This document shows, in pieces, positions 1-12,570 of a stretch of DNA of 64,000 nt (the stretch's first letter is position 1; every line of letters begins with the position of its first letter). The DNA comes from Asterias rubens (Eukaryota), in assembly GCF_902459465.1 (NCBI RefSeq), contig NC_047076.1:3844001-3908000 (forward strand), written 5' to 3'. The translations under genes were made by a program, and so were the position numbers. Under the pieces are notes generated by a model. It was not told the DNA's origin. It did no database searches and was given only the letters and a program-made list of their open reading frames with translations.

Positions 1-294
1 GAGCAATGGAAATCTGTAAAACAAAATAGTTAATCAAACATAAGATACAACATTATAAGGAAAGGCTCCCTCTGAATTAACGGTTTTTTTTATTAAAGAA
101 GTAGTTGCTCACTCAAACATTATTCAAAGACTTTAGGGTAGAAGCCTTTTTTATAGGCATCTGAAAGCGCACACATTTGCGCAAGAATGGTGTTTTTTAA
201 TTTTTCACAGATTTGCAAATTTATGCGTATGTTTGGATACACCAAAGAATATTGTAGGTCTTTGACAATTACCAAAGGTGTTCAATGCCCTTGA
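1..294 (+). mobile_element. Family A MITE, diverged, cut by window start
   Basis: Matches the internal and right part of family A, ending ...caattaccaaaggtgttcaatgcccttga. Strand for family A is an arbitrary orientation: + means the left end reads ctattggtaattactcaaaataa. Confidence 0.75.
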
Positions 295-504
295 CAGCTG
301 TAATGCTTTTCGTGATGAAGTTTTTTATGCGCATTACTTTATTTGGAGTATTTACCAAGCTGTGACCCCAATACCTTTAATTAAGTATTACAGGAAAGAG
401 CACGGCCTTGGGTTGCAAGTATCCAATTACCCGACAGCTGGTTCGAATTTAAACACGTAAATATGATAAAATAAGTAATTGCATTTCATAGTAAAAAATA
501 CACT

Positions 505-960
505 AGGCCTATATGACTCGTTGACATACATGCAGACTCGCACTTGGTACCTGTGCTCGAGTACTAGTTGAGTATCATGTTGATCTAGCACTGTACTCGC
601 TCTCGACTTGCGTATATTATGCTCGGCACCAAAACACAACTCTGTAGGCCTTTACTCAAAATTATGTAGTCGATACTAATAAACTAAATAACAACTCTGT
701 ACTCGGAGTCGTGTACTTGAAACTCAACTAAAAAGTAGACCCTACATCACTCGTATGTTGTACCCGTAACTCTGTACTATACTTGAGTACCATTTTGATG
801 GTACTCCCACTAGTACTTGGACTCGGCTTGAGGATGCTCGTACTCGAGTCGATTATTCGATACTTGCCTACACAAAATTATATAGGCATAATACTCAAAG
901 TCTGTAATTGATACTCAATTGAACAGAATTCTGTACTCTGCGTTAATACTCAATACTTGT
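505..960. repeat. Degenerate array of TACTCG/CGAGTA motifs, probable DNA-transposon relic
   Basis: Many tactcg, ctcgagta and actctgtact motifs in both orientations; no clear termini. Confidence 0.45.
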
Positions 961-1972
961 CTGTTTTTTTTTTTGTTTTTTTGACACAATTTAAATTCTC
1001 ACGTTGATAAAGGTCTCATTGAATGTATTGACTGAACAGAATGAAGACATATACATTCAGGTTTTCGTTCTGATATCTGTTAATACAATGGTTCCCAATA
1101 AAAGGGCAAATCTTATCACCGTTTTGCATGTTGGTATCCACTCACTTTATTTGTTTTTATTTGTATACATTCTTGCCAGATTGATAGTGTTCTTACATGA
1201 GAGAACTTTCTTGATTTTATACCACCGCGGAGTCGATATCGGAAAAGCAGGACAGTTCTTTTCAGAGTTGAGAAGTCTCCCGAATTCCGAAAATCTACTC
1301 CGCAGTATTAGAATATATAGCAAGTCAAGAGCTCCAAATGATATCATCTACTTGGCAAGTAGACACACATTGGTGTTACCGCAAACCAAATATACATACC
1401 TCACCATGCAATTCTGCAAATCTCAAAATAATACTATTAATACTACTTTTTATTTAGCAAAACCACCATCTGGTGGCCAGAAATAGCGGTTGCTCATTCA
1501 GTAAATTTCCATCCCTTCATCTTGGAGGTTTTAGCTAAAGAAGCAAAGACAGCCAGATTATATTCCACAAGCCTCAGTAATGCCGTGCGGCTCCTTTGTG
1601 GTCCCCACCATCTCAAGAGGCTCCCCCAGTGGGTTGGAGGAAATAAAGTCTGACCATTACGCTCTGATAATATTCAAAGACCTCGCGGTGGACTTGATTG
1701 TCACGTCATGGGAGGTCCAGGGAGGGAAGTTTATGCAAATCAGACAGGGCTGACTTGAAGCGTAGTCCTCTTCGTCGTAATGAATTTAACCGTGTTACTT
1801 TCATAATACAGTTTGCATAATTTAATGGCATGAATTTAGACCGAATCCGCCCAAATTTCATTCACAAATCCATGTTTCCGGGACAGCCCGGTCAGGTCTC
1901 TTAAAGGACCGGGTTCCAGGGTAAATTCCGACCCGAGCGAGTGTTGGTTCGGGGCTTCATTTAGGTGCCCTG

Positions 1973-2139
1973 GGGTCGATTTCACAAATAGTTAGGACTC
2001 GTCTTATCTCGAGTTAGGACGAGTAACTCGTCTTAACTTAGGATTAATCTTAAGGTCTGCATGCTACAGTGCAGGGTTGGGACTCGTCCTAAGTCCTAAG
2101 ATTAGTCTTAAGTTAGGAAGAGTTTTGTGAAATCGACGG
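1973..2139. mobile_element. Family C MITE (PIF/Harbinger-like, CTG TSD)
   Basis: TIRs gggtcgatttcacaaa / ttttgtgaaatcgacgg; CTG on both sides (1970-1972, 2140-2142); internal ttaggac/gtcctaa repeats. Confidence 0.85.
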
Positions 2140-2164
2140 CTGACGCATTTAGCTTACAACCACT

Positions 2165-2526
2165 TAAATTACTATTGGTAATTAACTCAAAATAATTGTT
2201 AGCATACAAACTTACTTGGTAACGAGCAATGGAGCTCGTTCATAGAACAAAACACTGTGAGAAACGACTCCTTCTGAAGTAACGTAGTTTTTGAGAAAGA
2301 GATACAAGTTCTCTCTCAAATATGCAAAGACTTCGCACCTGAAGCCTTTCATAAGGGCATCTAAAAATGCTCACAAATTTGTGCAAGACGGGTGTTTTTT
2401 CATTATTTTCTTGCAACTTCTATGACCAATTTAGTCATAATGTTCACACATTTGTTATTGCATGTTATGATACACCAAGTAAAAACCCCAGTCTTTTACA
2501 ATTACCGAAGGTATCCAACACCTTTA
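2165..2526 (+). mobile_element. Family A MITE (subfamily without internal palindrome)
   Basis: ctattggtaattaactcaaaataa ... caattaccgaaggtatccaacaccttta. Confidence 0.8.
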
Positions 2527-3098
2527 TTACACTTGTCTTTAGGTGAAGAAAACAAAATCAAGAATGATTAGGTCACCAACTTTTGGGAAGAAGGCCATTA
2601 TCTCTAGCCTGCATGAATATCTGTTTCAAATCTGGTGAGGGTTCGACATTTAATTGAATTCACTTTAACGCCTCCAGACGAGAGACGCGTGTTTCCTTAT
2701 CCGTATCGGTCGATTTTCTTCATGAATTATACAAAATATTTATACCGAGCTCTAAAAACACAGTTTACAACCCATCTGGTTTTGTTGATCGAAAAAGATG
2801 ATGTGATTTTTTAAGACTTGTTAATCTTGTTTTTTTTTCAAATATTTATTTCTGGTACTGAAGACAAGGAATTTGAATAATTGCCTCCCACTGGAGAGAG
2901 TGCCCTGTGCGAGAGAAGCTGTAAGGGGAAAGTGTGTCAAGCTTTAGAGCTGATATTTTTCGGCAAAGTGCCATTCCACGTCTCTTTAACCTTATTTTTG
3001 CATATTACTGCCCCCCCCCCCTATTCCACTCCATTTGCGCCTGTATATCTCTACTCTTGTGGATTGATTTGAGGGGTTACACTTTGATTGACCTTTAA

Positions 3099-3272
3099 TA
3101 GACCTTATGCACATGACGTCATTTCAGTAGGGCGCCCTCACCTAGAGGTCAAAAGGAGGTTGTTCATTGGTCAATTTTGTGCGCCGGGCGTACAGATCGG
3201 TGCGTCTCGATTGTTTCGTCACCGTTTTTCCTCTAAGATGGCGGCTGGATGACGTCAATGCATAAGGTCTTA
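3099..3272. mobile_element. MITE with TAGACC termini (Academ-like, tentative)
   Basis: TIRs tagaccttatgcacatgacgtca / tgacgtcaatgcataaggtctta. TAG..CTA termini are described for Academ elements. Confidence 0.65.
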
Positions 3273-4910
3273 TCAGCTGTTTTGTTCGTTTTTTAACGTA
3301 AAAAGTTATCATGATTACAAAAAGAACACTAGACCCAAGCTCTGGTGTTTTTTTATCATTGGGTGTTTAGGTGTTTTTTGTGTGTGTGTGTGTGTGAAGG
3401 GGTTTGAGTTAAGAAAGCGATTTCGACGCTTTGAACTAGTACACGCTGGACCTCACAAAACTTTATCATGAAAATGGTAGACTACTTGCTTCTTTCATGG
3501 AGAAAAATGTGTACAGATAAATCCTAAGGGATGTAAGAATTTAGGGCACCGCTCTATATTCTACATCCAATTCGTGCTGTGATTAAAATGAATGAACTCG
3601 TTTTGTTATCATGAATTAATCGCCAATTGTTCAGTCAATATTCCGAAATGTTTTCAACCTAAATCTTTTAAAAAGTTCCCTGGAAGGTTCTCTGGGAATT
3701 AGACACTAATGGCTCTTATAAAAACGCATCTTCCGGGAGAAGTCTTTGTGGCTTTGTCTTTAATTATGTTTCCCTGCAGCTTTATTAGGACCCTGTAAAT
3801 GCCCCCGATAAAGCTCTTGAAGACGTAATTTGAGACGTTGACTGAAGTTGATGGGATTTCATCGAGAGCTCGTTTTGGAGGACAGTTGAGATGTCACGAT
3901 TCAGAAAATCATATCTGGGTTTCTTATTGTTTTCGTCATGTTCGTCCCTGTCAATGGTCCCTGCGTGGCGTGAGTCGGCTTGGTTCATATTGTATTGTAC
4001 GTGGGTTACATTGCATGCCTGTGTGGAACCATACAATGGATCAAATTAAAGGGGACATCCAAGAGAACTTCATTATCAAGAATGGCAGAAAATGAAATTT
4101 TGGCACAGGCGAACATGCTATAAAATGACATGAGTGAATTCCGTTGCCTTGTGCTATAGTGGTTCAGCCATGTTGTATGTTATACATGATGGCGCTGTTT
4201 TAGCTTGTGACGTCATACAAGTGATTAGTAAACCTAAACGACCACTATGAAGAACCGAACAAGTCTTTTTGGTCACCTCTGAAGGTCTTTACTTGTTTTC
4301 TTAAAAGAAAAGTGGTCTTCGTCTATATGTGCGTGGATTTTGATTCTTTCCATGTAGTAACTCTCATCGGCATTTTAAATGCACATCTTCCCCGAGAGAA
4401 AACAAAAGTGTCTAGCCAGTAAAGCGCCTATGAGCTTCCGGTGTTATTTGTTACAACACATGTTTTATAATGGTTGTCATTAGAAAAAAAGACATTTTGG
4501 GTTAACCAAACACCGTTTACAACTTGTCACAGCCCAGCAATTGTACATTATAACCTAATGCACAGGGAGTGTGCATGCTGCTTCGTCGCGGACCAGAAGC
4601 CGTTAGATGGATTCATCTGATGACATTTGCACTGTCTGTTTGTTGAAGTAATTAAGACGCTAGCACCGCGTCAATTTCGATACTCATCGGGGCTCGGGCT
4701 CGGCTCGTCCAGGGGCCCAGGTGAAGAATTCTCTCTCCAAACACCGCCGATTATCAAGGAGGAATATTTATGCCTTGTTACTTCACACTGTGATAGGGAT
4801 ATAAAGGTGCGTCAATATCAGGGGGCGTACTATCGGTTAAATAGAGGCCAGTGATTCGAGACGCAGCGGGGATATCAATCTATGGATAGTCACTAAGGGT
4901 CTCCTTTTAC

Positions 4911-4948
4911 GGGGGGGGGGGGGGGATGGGGGAGGGATGGGGGGGGGG
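4911..4948 (+). repeat. G-run cluster, potential G-quadruplex
   Basis: G15-at-G5-a-G3-at-G10. Confidence 0.7.
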
Positions 4949-5362
4949 CTGAGGAGGGAGAGTTGTGACTAGAGGTTGTGTTGACATGGTACTGCTAGAG
5001 TCGACGAGATGCCTGTAGCTCTGTGTACTCTTAGGCAATTGGCAATTTCCATGTCGGCTGCAGTTTCAAACTAAAGACGCACTGAGTTTAGGCAAGGCAT
5101 AACATGGTTAGGCTTGTTTTAAAGTCAGATGTGGATATAACATGCACGGCTGTGATATCTTGGCATGATATTTCAACATGGGACTTTGCCGAGTAGAAGT
5201 AGAAGTGTGTGGCACATGAATGTGTCTCGCCTTCATTGTTGACAATGCTCCTGTTAAAACGGACTTAACATTTAACCACCAAAGCTATAGATGAATCTGG
5301 GCTGGACATTATTGGCTAACGTTTTGGCTAACGGCTTACTTTGATGTCGTACGCACTCCGTC

Positions 5363-5445
5363 TTAAAGGCAGTGGAAACTATTGGTAATTACTCAAAACA
5401 ATTGTTAGCATAAAAACTTACTTAGTAACGAGCGACGGGGAGCTC
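5363..5445 (+). mobile_element. Family A left-end fragment
   Basis: ttaaaggcagtggaaactattggtaattactcaaaac... Confidence 0.8.
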
Positions 5446-5580
5446 ATGTTGGTAGGACAGGACATTGCGTGTTAAGCATTGGTCTGAGAGTTTCTTGAAA
5501 TTGAAAAACCCAAGGTGAGGTCAGTTGAGGCTTGTCTGTCTTCTTTTTCCTTTATTTTTCCAGAAATATCGGCTGTTGGT

Positions 5581-5611
5581 GATGTTGTTGTTGTTGTTGT
5601 TGTTGTTGTTT
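5581..5611. repeat. (GTT)n microsatellite
   Basis: About 9 gtt units. Confidence 0.9.
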
Positions 5612-6902
5612 TAGAGCTTATGTTGTTGCCAATGGTCTATTAGCCTGATTGACAAACACAAATTGACAAACAAATATATAAATATAATTATGGAACTAAT
5701 ATTCACAACTTCGAATCCTTATTAACGGATTTTGAATCCGTAAAAAATACCCGATACGTATTACCCTTATTAAATACCAATTACATTTCGAATCAGTAAA
5801 CACGAATTTCGACTCCATAATAACGAAATATTAATACGTGCGAACGGATTGCGAATCAGTAACAACGGATTATGTTCTTTCGTGTACAGCCAATCAACTC
5901 CTCAACATTATTTTCACTCTCCGATTCACACTTATCTCGCATGCCATTATTACTCGTCTAGAACCAAATGCGGACATGTCTCCATGAAACAATTCGACAT
6001 GACCGAAGAGCCTGAGTACATGATTGCCGGATATCCCTCAATGATAGATGAAGTTACATTATCTCTCTCTATCCGGCTATTACCAACCAGAACGAACATA
6101 ATCTTTTGAACTCTTACGACTTCTTAGAAATATCAGGGTCCAAATTTGTGGCTCTGCTTACCGCAGAATTCGGCGCTTTACAACATCATTCTCTGCTCCC
6201 AGGCAAGTGACGAATTTCTGTCAGACAAGCCAAACATCCCCGTCAAACCGTGAATACGCTTGACGTTAGCACATAAGTCTCTGCTTCCGCAAGCGCCGAT
6301 GCTGTGCTTAGCAGAGCCATGAAATTTAACTGGGAGCTTGTGTTTGGCCTCGGGAAAGATGCACAGCAGCGCATGTTGGGGGAAAAACGTTAAGTACGTG
6401 CCGTCGCCATTACAAACTGCCCAGGTATCCTAGTTGTAAGTTATCCGGGCAGAACGCTTCGTCTAACCCCATCACAACGGCACTAAAAACACCGGTCCCC
6501 TACGCGGATTCCGCACTTCAAAAGCTACCCCTACGGATAGTGGCGGTGGAAAACGGATACCTAATTACCACTTTAAAAAACAAAACGCCAAACCAAAGGA
6601 GGGGTTTCTAAACAATCAAGCCGGCTGCTAAGGCAATGTTTGAAGAAAAAACCTAAAATGCCCTCTCATTAAAAAGCACTTGATGTCGTGGTCGCCACCA
6701 TCAGTTTTCATCCGGGGAGAGCGCTTGTAGTTGTGTGTTGGGAATTCGAGACCCGGCCCGGCTCGATTCGCTAATGAAGTATAGATTTGAACCGGCCATG
6801 TCTCCTTCAAACTACCCGCAGTCATAACCTGCGCGTATAAGTTTACACCGCGGTGTTGTGATTCCTGTTCGATTTTACTCAATTAAAACAAATGCTAGGC
6901 AT

Positions 6903-7255
6903 GGACACAGTGCGTTGCAGGTCACACTTTTTACTTAAAGGCACAACCGTCGATTTCACCAAACGCTATGATTAATCTTATCTCGAGTTAGGACGGTTGT
7001 CCTTAACTTAGGATGGATTCAATGCGTCATTATGTCTATGAATGCATAACTTAACTCGTCTTAAGTCCTAAAGTGGCACAGTACTGCGTTGCAGGTCACA
7101 CTTTACTTAAAGGCACATCCGTCGATTTCACCAAACTCTTTACCTAATAATATTTAGGATTAATTCTTAGGACAATGGACGAGTTCGGTTTCGTATCCAT
7201 TGACGTTTACTAAGACACATTTAACCCATTCTAAGTTAGGACGGTTTACTCGTCT
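6903..7255. mobile_element. Two family C copies in opposite orientation, each preceded by the same ~45-bp flank
   Basis: tgcgttgcaggtcacacttt(tt)acttaaaggcac-NN-ccgtcgatttcaccaaac occurs at ~6911 and ~7086. The first continues into the C left arm, the second into the reverse complement of the C right arm. Confidence 0.75.
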
Positions 7256-8257
7256 CTGTGCCAAGCAACTATCGTATAATTTACAGATAGGCATATACTT
7301 TCGTAAAGTCTATAAACGTATTCGTCCGTCTAAGCCGCAGTAACAGTTTTGGGGCTGTTTACAGTGAATTCACCAAATTCTGTAATCCTCTTTTGAATGA
7401 GTGTTGGCTCTGAAAAGAGCCGGTTTGGTCTCGACGTTTCGAACAGTATGGAGAAAGACAAGTGCAGTATCTCGACTGCCAGAAAGTCCCTGCATGGAAC
7501 AAACAAGTACTATCTTTGTATACACAAAGGTCACGTAGTCTCTAGTAGACTGACTTAAGCCTGATTTCTATGCTTTACAACCACTGGAAGTATCCTTACC
7601 CAAATACAAGTATACAGGGTCCCAGACCCAGGTACGCAAGCATGCCCTGAGTGTCACAGTTCAAAAAAAATAATGTCGGTTGATCAAAGACAGGCTAACT
7701 TTCCTTAAAACCTACCTACACCTGTTGTCTTGGTGGATAATCTTTCTTCAAATGGAAACCAACTCGCAGGTAATAACTTTTGTAAAGCATTGAACTTTTC
7801 CCACACGGGAAAAAAAAAAAACGCGTGCAGAATCTTTAATATTGAATTTGCATTGAGTGACGCTAGCCGCTGGAGAGCCCCTTGGTTGACCGGCCAGCTC
7901 AAACCCCTCATTAATACACATGAAGTGGGTTATCCTAGCTCGTAGTTTTTTATCAAAGGGATGGGAGAGGGGCGACATAAACACTTAACGGGAAGTCAGA
8001 GGGTAGTGGATAAAGGGACAGGTTGGATGGGGACGACTTGGCGGATCTGTAGGGATATTTTGTCCGCTGGGGCGACTCGACCCATTTTGTTGGTGAATAA
8101 ACCACATCAACTTTTCTCATTGGTTCGCAGCGTTGGCAGTTTTCGGGATGCCATCAAATTTGGAGACTTTCTCTTGAGGTGTTGCTGTGTTTGATCTAGT
8201 TCTAGTTTGCATTCTGATACAATGTATACTGAAATTCAATTGTCTAAAGGTCACTCC

Positions 8258-8629
8258 TTAAAAGCACTTGACACTATTGGTAAAACAATTGTTAGCAAAC
8301 AAACTTTTGGGTAGCGAGCAACAGAGAGCTTTTGATCTTAAACATTTTGGTATAAAACATTGTGAGAAACGACTCCCTCTAAAGTGAAGTAGTTTTGAGA
8401 AAGAGGGATTTTCTTACTCAAATATTGAAAGAATACAGGCCTGAAGCCTTTTTTAGGATTTTTGAAGCACACAAATTTGTGCAATAAGGGTGTTTCTTTC
8501 ATTACTCTCTTGCAACTTCGATGATCAATTGAGTCCATACCTTCAAAGATGTGTTAATATGCCTAGGTTTGGGTTACAACGTGAGAATACTGATCTTTGA
8601 CAGTTACCAAATGTGTCCAGTGCCTTCAA
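8258..8629 (+). mobile_element. Family A MITE
   Basis: ttaaaagcacttgacactattgg ... ttaccaaatgtgtccagtgccttcaa. Confidence 0.85.
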
Positions 8630-9584
8630 CATGCATGTTTCACAAGATTGAACAGATTGCGTGTTTTAAGCAGCTCTACGAAACTGTGCTCAGCTTCTAG
8701 GGAAAAAAATAAGTTTAAAGAAATTGGACTCGTGGCCAATTTATCTCTTTGATCTATACATTTCCTTAATGTTATTCATTAATTTAAAGCGTGTTTTTAG
8801 TGATGTGTTAGCGATACCTATGTTTTTGAGTGACTCACATGTATATGTATCTATTCATAGGAATCCGTTGATCGGAATTCTTGTAAACGATTATGTCTAT
8901 TTTAATAGTGCCATCTTCTTTTAAATACAAATTGGATGTTTTTTACAACAGACATTGTCAGACGTTTATACCTTTCGAGTGCGTCTAAATTTCAAATTTT
9001 GCCGCAGGCATCGGTCGCTAGATTAGTCTTAATCCCCACCAATGAATGACTATTTAATATTTTTTTAGTGTGGGTGTGTTTGTTCCTGTTTTATTTTGGG
9101 GTGTTTGTTATTTGGTTGACGTGTCTGTTGGGGTGTTTGTTTGTTTGTTTGTGTATAGTTTGTGTTATGTTTTTGTCTGTGTTTTTCTTTTTTAGGGGAG
9201 CGCATTATAGCTTAACATTTTAGTTTCCGCTTGTTCAATCGTTTCCCTAGTTAGTTATTTTTGTATTTATTTATTCAACTATTTCTAATCTAGCAAAAAC
9301 AGCGCGATCGGATCTTGTTTGTGCACTGCGTGTAATTTCGGATGTGTGTTTGCAAAATACTTCGGGGCTAAAATGACCCGTCTTTTTACTGACAGCAACA
9401 AAGTGAAAACACGGATAAACCATTGAATAGAAACGAGTGCATTTTTTTACTGTTTTTTTTAAAGCTTACTCTAAAACAAAATCAATGGTTTAATAAAAGT
9501 CACATGTGAATGCTTCAGCTTAGAAAACAGCAACAGAAATTGTCACAATATTTTCACAACAACGTCAATTCCATCCACACTTAC

Positions 9585-9654
9585 CGATGTGACAGCGGGT
9601 ACCATCACCATCTCTGTTTTTAGCATTTGTGAACGGACAACAACCTCCACAAAT
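9585..9654 (-). other. Candidate 70-nt exon, product unknown
   Basis: Minus strand: acceptor aatttgttcttag and donor CG|GTAAGT; two frames open. Confidence 0.35.
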
Positions 9655-9961
9655 CTAAGAACAAATTATTGCATGGGTCGTTTCTGAGATTCAGAAACGA
9701 ATATAATTATTATATTATATTGATTTCTAATCAACGGAGAGCATTTCAGTTAAAATAATTTCGCAGGATGCTTATGCCGCTATCAAACAAGTAAGCTTTC
9801 GGGTAGAAATTAACCCCTTTTTCGGGGTCATTATAAGAGAGTGTCATTTTAAGCAAACTTGAACAATAATTATGTTGTATTCAGTAGGCATATTGCGGTT
9901 GGTTACCCGTGTGTGCGGCACCTAATTGTAGCCCGCACTTGTATACACTTAAATATGTTGT

Positions 9962-10539
9962 TTAAAGTCACCTGGAAATAGATTTGTTTTTCTTTCAAAC
10001 GTACGAGTATATGCTTACGAGAAATAAAACAATTTTTTTAGTAATTGTTTGTCACGATTTATATGTTTAAAAAGTATATAAAGTTGTTTGGGGGGCTAAC
10101 TCCGCCTACCCCTTTTGTGACGACAATCGAGGCAGACTTTGCCTGCAATGCGTATAGTAAACACACGTGCAAAGTACATGTACGTCCAAGTCGTGAGTTG
10201 GTACATTTAAAAAAGTGTTTTTCTGCATTCAGCAGCAATACACCTGGTCGGCATTGCCGGAAAAAAACAAAATTTCTTTTTTTTTAAACGTACAAACTCA
10301 CGACTTGGTCCGTACATGTACTTTGCAATTGTGTTTACTGTATTAGGGCAAAGTCTGCCTCGATTGACGTCACGAACAGCGCCCTCTCGGGTCGGGGTCT
10401 ACTCTAAAATTTGTAAGAAACATAAGAACTGATTTTTTAAAACCTTAGTTAACTGTTAATTCACATTCCACTCATCAAAACACATATATTAGTGACAAAA
10501 GCTTTAGTTTGAAAAAATACCACTTCCAGGTGACTTTAA
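9962..10539. mobile_element. Family F TTAA-flanked element (Kolobok-like)
   Basis: TIRs ttaaagtcacctggaa / ttccaggtgactttaa; ~90-bp internal inverted arms (gtcaatcgaggcagactttgcc ... ggcaaagtctgcctcgattgac). Confidence 0.9.
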
Positions 10540-10862
10540 TTGCAATTGTGTTTTTAAATAGTTTTATACGTCTTTATACAAAATCTCAATCCTTCGACGA
10601 ATGCAAACAATATAGAACAAATATTATTATTTTCTTAAGTATTTTATTCTTTGTCACTGAAAGCCTTCACCCATCAATCTTTTACAAAATAACAACTAAA
10701 TGCACACATTTATCACAGCAAGTCTTTATAAGGGATTTACATTTTGATTAGTCATCTGATAATGCAATTGAAGTGGCTTAAACTTGTTGGCTGTGCCAAC
10801 ATCGTAGCATTCCTATCGTAGATTTGTACTGATCTTTACTTATCAGACGTTGTGGTTTTAAT

Positions 10863-11724
10863 TTAAAGGGTTTGGATACTTTGTGTACCACACAACACAC
10901 AATGTTCATAGATTTACATTAAAGTCACCTGGAAATATTTTTTTTTTTTCTTTTAAACATAAGAGTATATGCTTACGAACAATAAAACAATTTTTTTAGT
11001 AATTGTTTGTCACGATTTATATGTTTAAAAAATATATAAAGTTGTTTGGGGGCTGACTCCGCCTACCCCTTTTGTGACGTCAATCGAGGCAGACTTTGCC
11101 TGCCATGCGTATAGTAACACACGTACATGTACGTCCAAGTCGTGAGTTGGTACATTTCAAAAAGTGTTGTTCTTCATTCAGCAGCAATACACCTGGTTTT
11201 TTTTTTTTTTAAACGTATAAACTCACGACTTGGTCCGTACATGTACTTTGCAATTGTGTTTACTCTACGCATTACAGGCAAAGTCTGCCTCGATTGACGT
11301 CACGAACAGCGCCCTCTCGGGTCGAGAGGACTGATTTGTTTAAACCTTAGTTAACTGTTTATTCACATTCCACTCATCAAAACACATATATTAGTAACAA
11401 AAGCTTTATTTTGAAAAAAATACCACTTCCAGGTGACTTTAAAACTACCTTGTTTAAAGATAATGATTTATAGTGGAAAGCTTCCCTTAAAATATTACTG
11501 AGGTGCTGCATTGAGGTGCTGCAATTTTCGTCTCCAGAGACGAATATTTTTTGAGCATGTAAAACGTATATTTACGCGACACTCCTGAAAACGTAATTTC
11601 CCTTTTTTACTTCTGAAAACCTTGACGACTATAAAATTGAACATGCAAATTATATTACATACATCTTCATTCACAGAGAGTACGTTTTCTTAACTCGATC
11701 TGCAAAAGGTCTAAAAACCTTTAA
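10863..11724. mobile_element. Family G TTAA-flanked element interrupted by a family F copy
   Basis: ttaaagggtttggatact ... ggtctaaaaacctttaa; removing F restores a sequence matching the G copy at 41742. Confidence 0.75.
10919..11442. mobile_element. Family F element nested at a TTAA inside G
   Basis: Same TIRs and body as 9962-10539; TTAA duplicated on both sides. Confidence 0.9.
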
Positions 11725-11956
11725 GGAATACCTTTTTTTGTACAGCTAGTTGAGCAGCAAGTGCACTTCCGAAGCGGCTAATGCACAATTGAAGAACATT
11801 TTACATCTAAATGCTAAAGCACTCTCTAATGATAAACTGTCAATAAATAAATACATTATATTTTGCCCACATCCGTCTGGAATATTGACATTTTTAATTG
11901 CTTATTTTAGTTTGCTCTTTCGCCCTTTCGGGCGTGATAATGTTTTTGGGTGGATG

Positions 11957-12130
11957 TAAAAGGCACTGTACAAGTTTTGTAATTTGTCAAAGACCAGTAT
12001 CCCCATAATACGCATAAAATAACGAATCTATGAAACAAATTGACTCAGTTGGTCATCGAAGTTGTTGGAGAAAAATGAAGGAAAAAACACCACTGATGCA
12101 CAAATTTATACGTTTTCAAAAGCCTTAAGG
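11957..12130 (-). mobile_element. Family A fragment, diverged
   Basis: aaaggcactgtacaagttttgtaatttgtcaaagaccagtat... Confidence 0.65.
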
Positions 12131-12244
12131 GCCAATATACTGATGAAACCTAGTGCACTGGCACCGGCTGTTTACTCCCAATGGAGTTGAGATGGTCTAA
12201 GGAGTGAAATAAAAAAGCCTAGTGACCAGGGGTTGTATGATGTT

Positions 12245-12570
12245 CGCAGCGAAATATTTGGTATTGCGCCATATAAGAGTCAACATTTGTATAATAACAC
12301 GGGTATTCCATTTAGCATTCAATCTCAACATACCAACACGTTGTTGAGATTTAGGGGATACCAGCATTGCGTTACCAAAAAGAGTTTTCATTATGTTTCA
12401 TACTGTTTCATTAACTGTTCTATTCATGAATATTAACATTTTAAGCGCAGATATATTATTGGTACTGCACTATATAAGAGTCGATACTCGTATAATACGG
12501 GACATTATTCCCTTTAGCAATCAATCCCAACATACCAATACTTTGGCGAGATTTTCCCAAGGGGTGATTC
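12245..12570. repeat. Diverged ~200-bp direct duplication
   Basis: tattggta..atataagagtc..ataata..tttagca.tcaatc.caacataccaa occurs twice. Confidence 0.7.

Noticed and set aside
1004-1486. 160-aa plus-strand ORF
   Set aside because: TTG start, no domain and AT-rich composition; the opposite strand has stops in every frame.
5715-6560. Segment with ACGGAT motifs at both ends and faint Harbinger-transposase-like words (LTEIR, LDPDISKK)
   Set aside because: Five stops in ~120 codons, no DDE motif and no matching TIRs; indistinguishable from chance by eye.
6700-6770. tRNA-like A/B-box resemblance (ggggagagcgcttg ... gggaattcgagaccc)
   Set aside because: No cloverleaf stems can be formed and the B-box is imperfect.
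7345-7450. Penelope-like terminal fragment with half a hammerhead ribozyme (minus strand ctgttcGAAAcgtcgag)
   Set aside because: The CUGAnGA half is absent. My by-eye search of CTGAnGA sites in the window (e.g. 12138, 48800, 50832) found none with a proper stem II plus GAAA.
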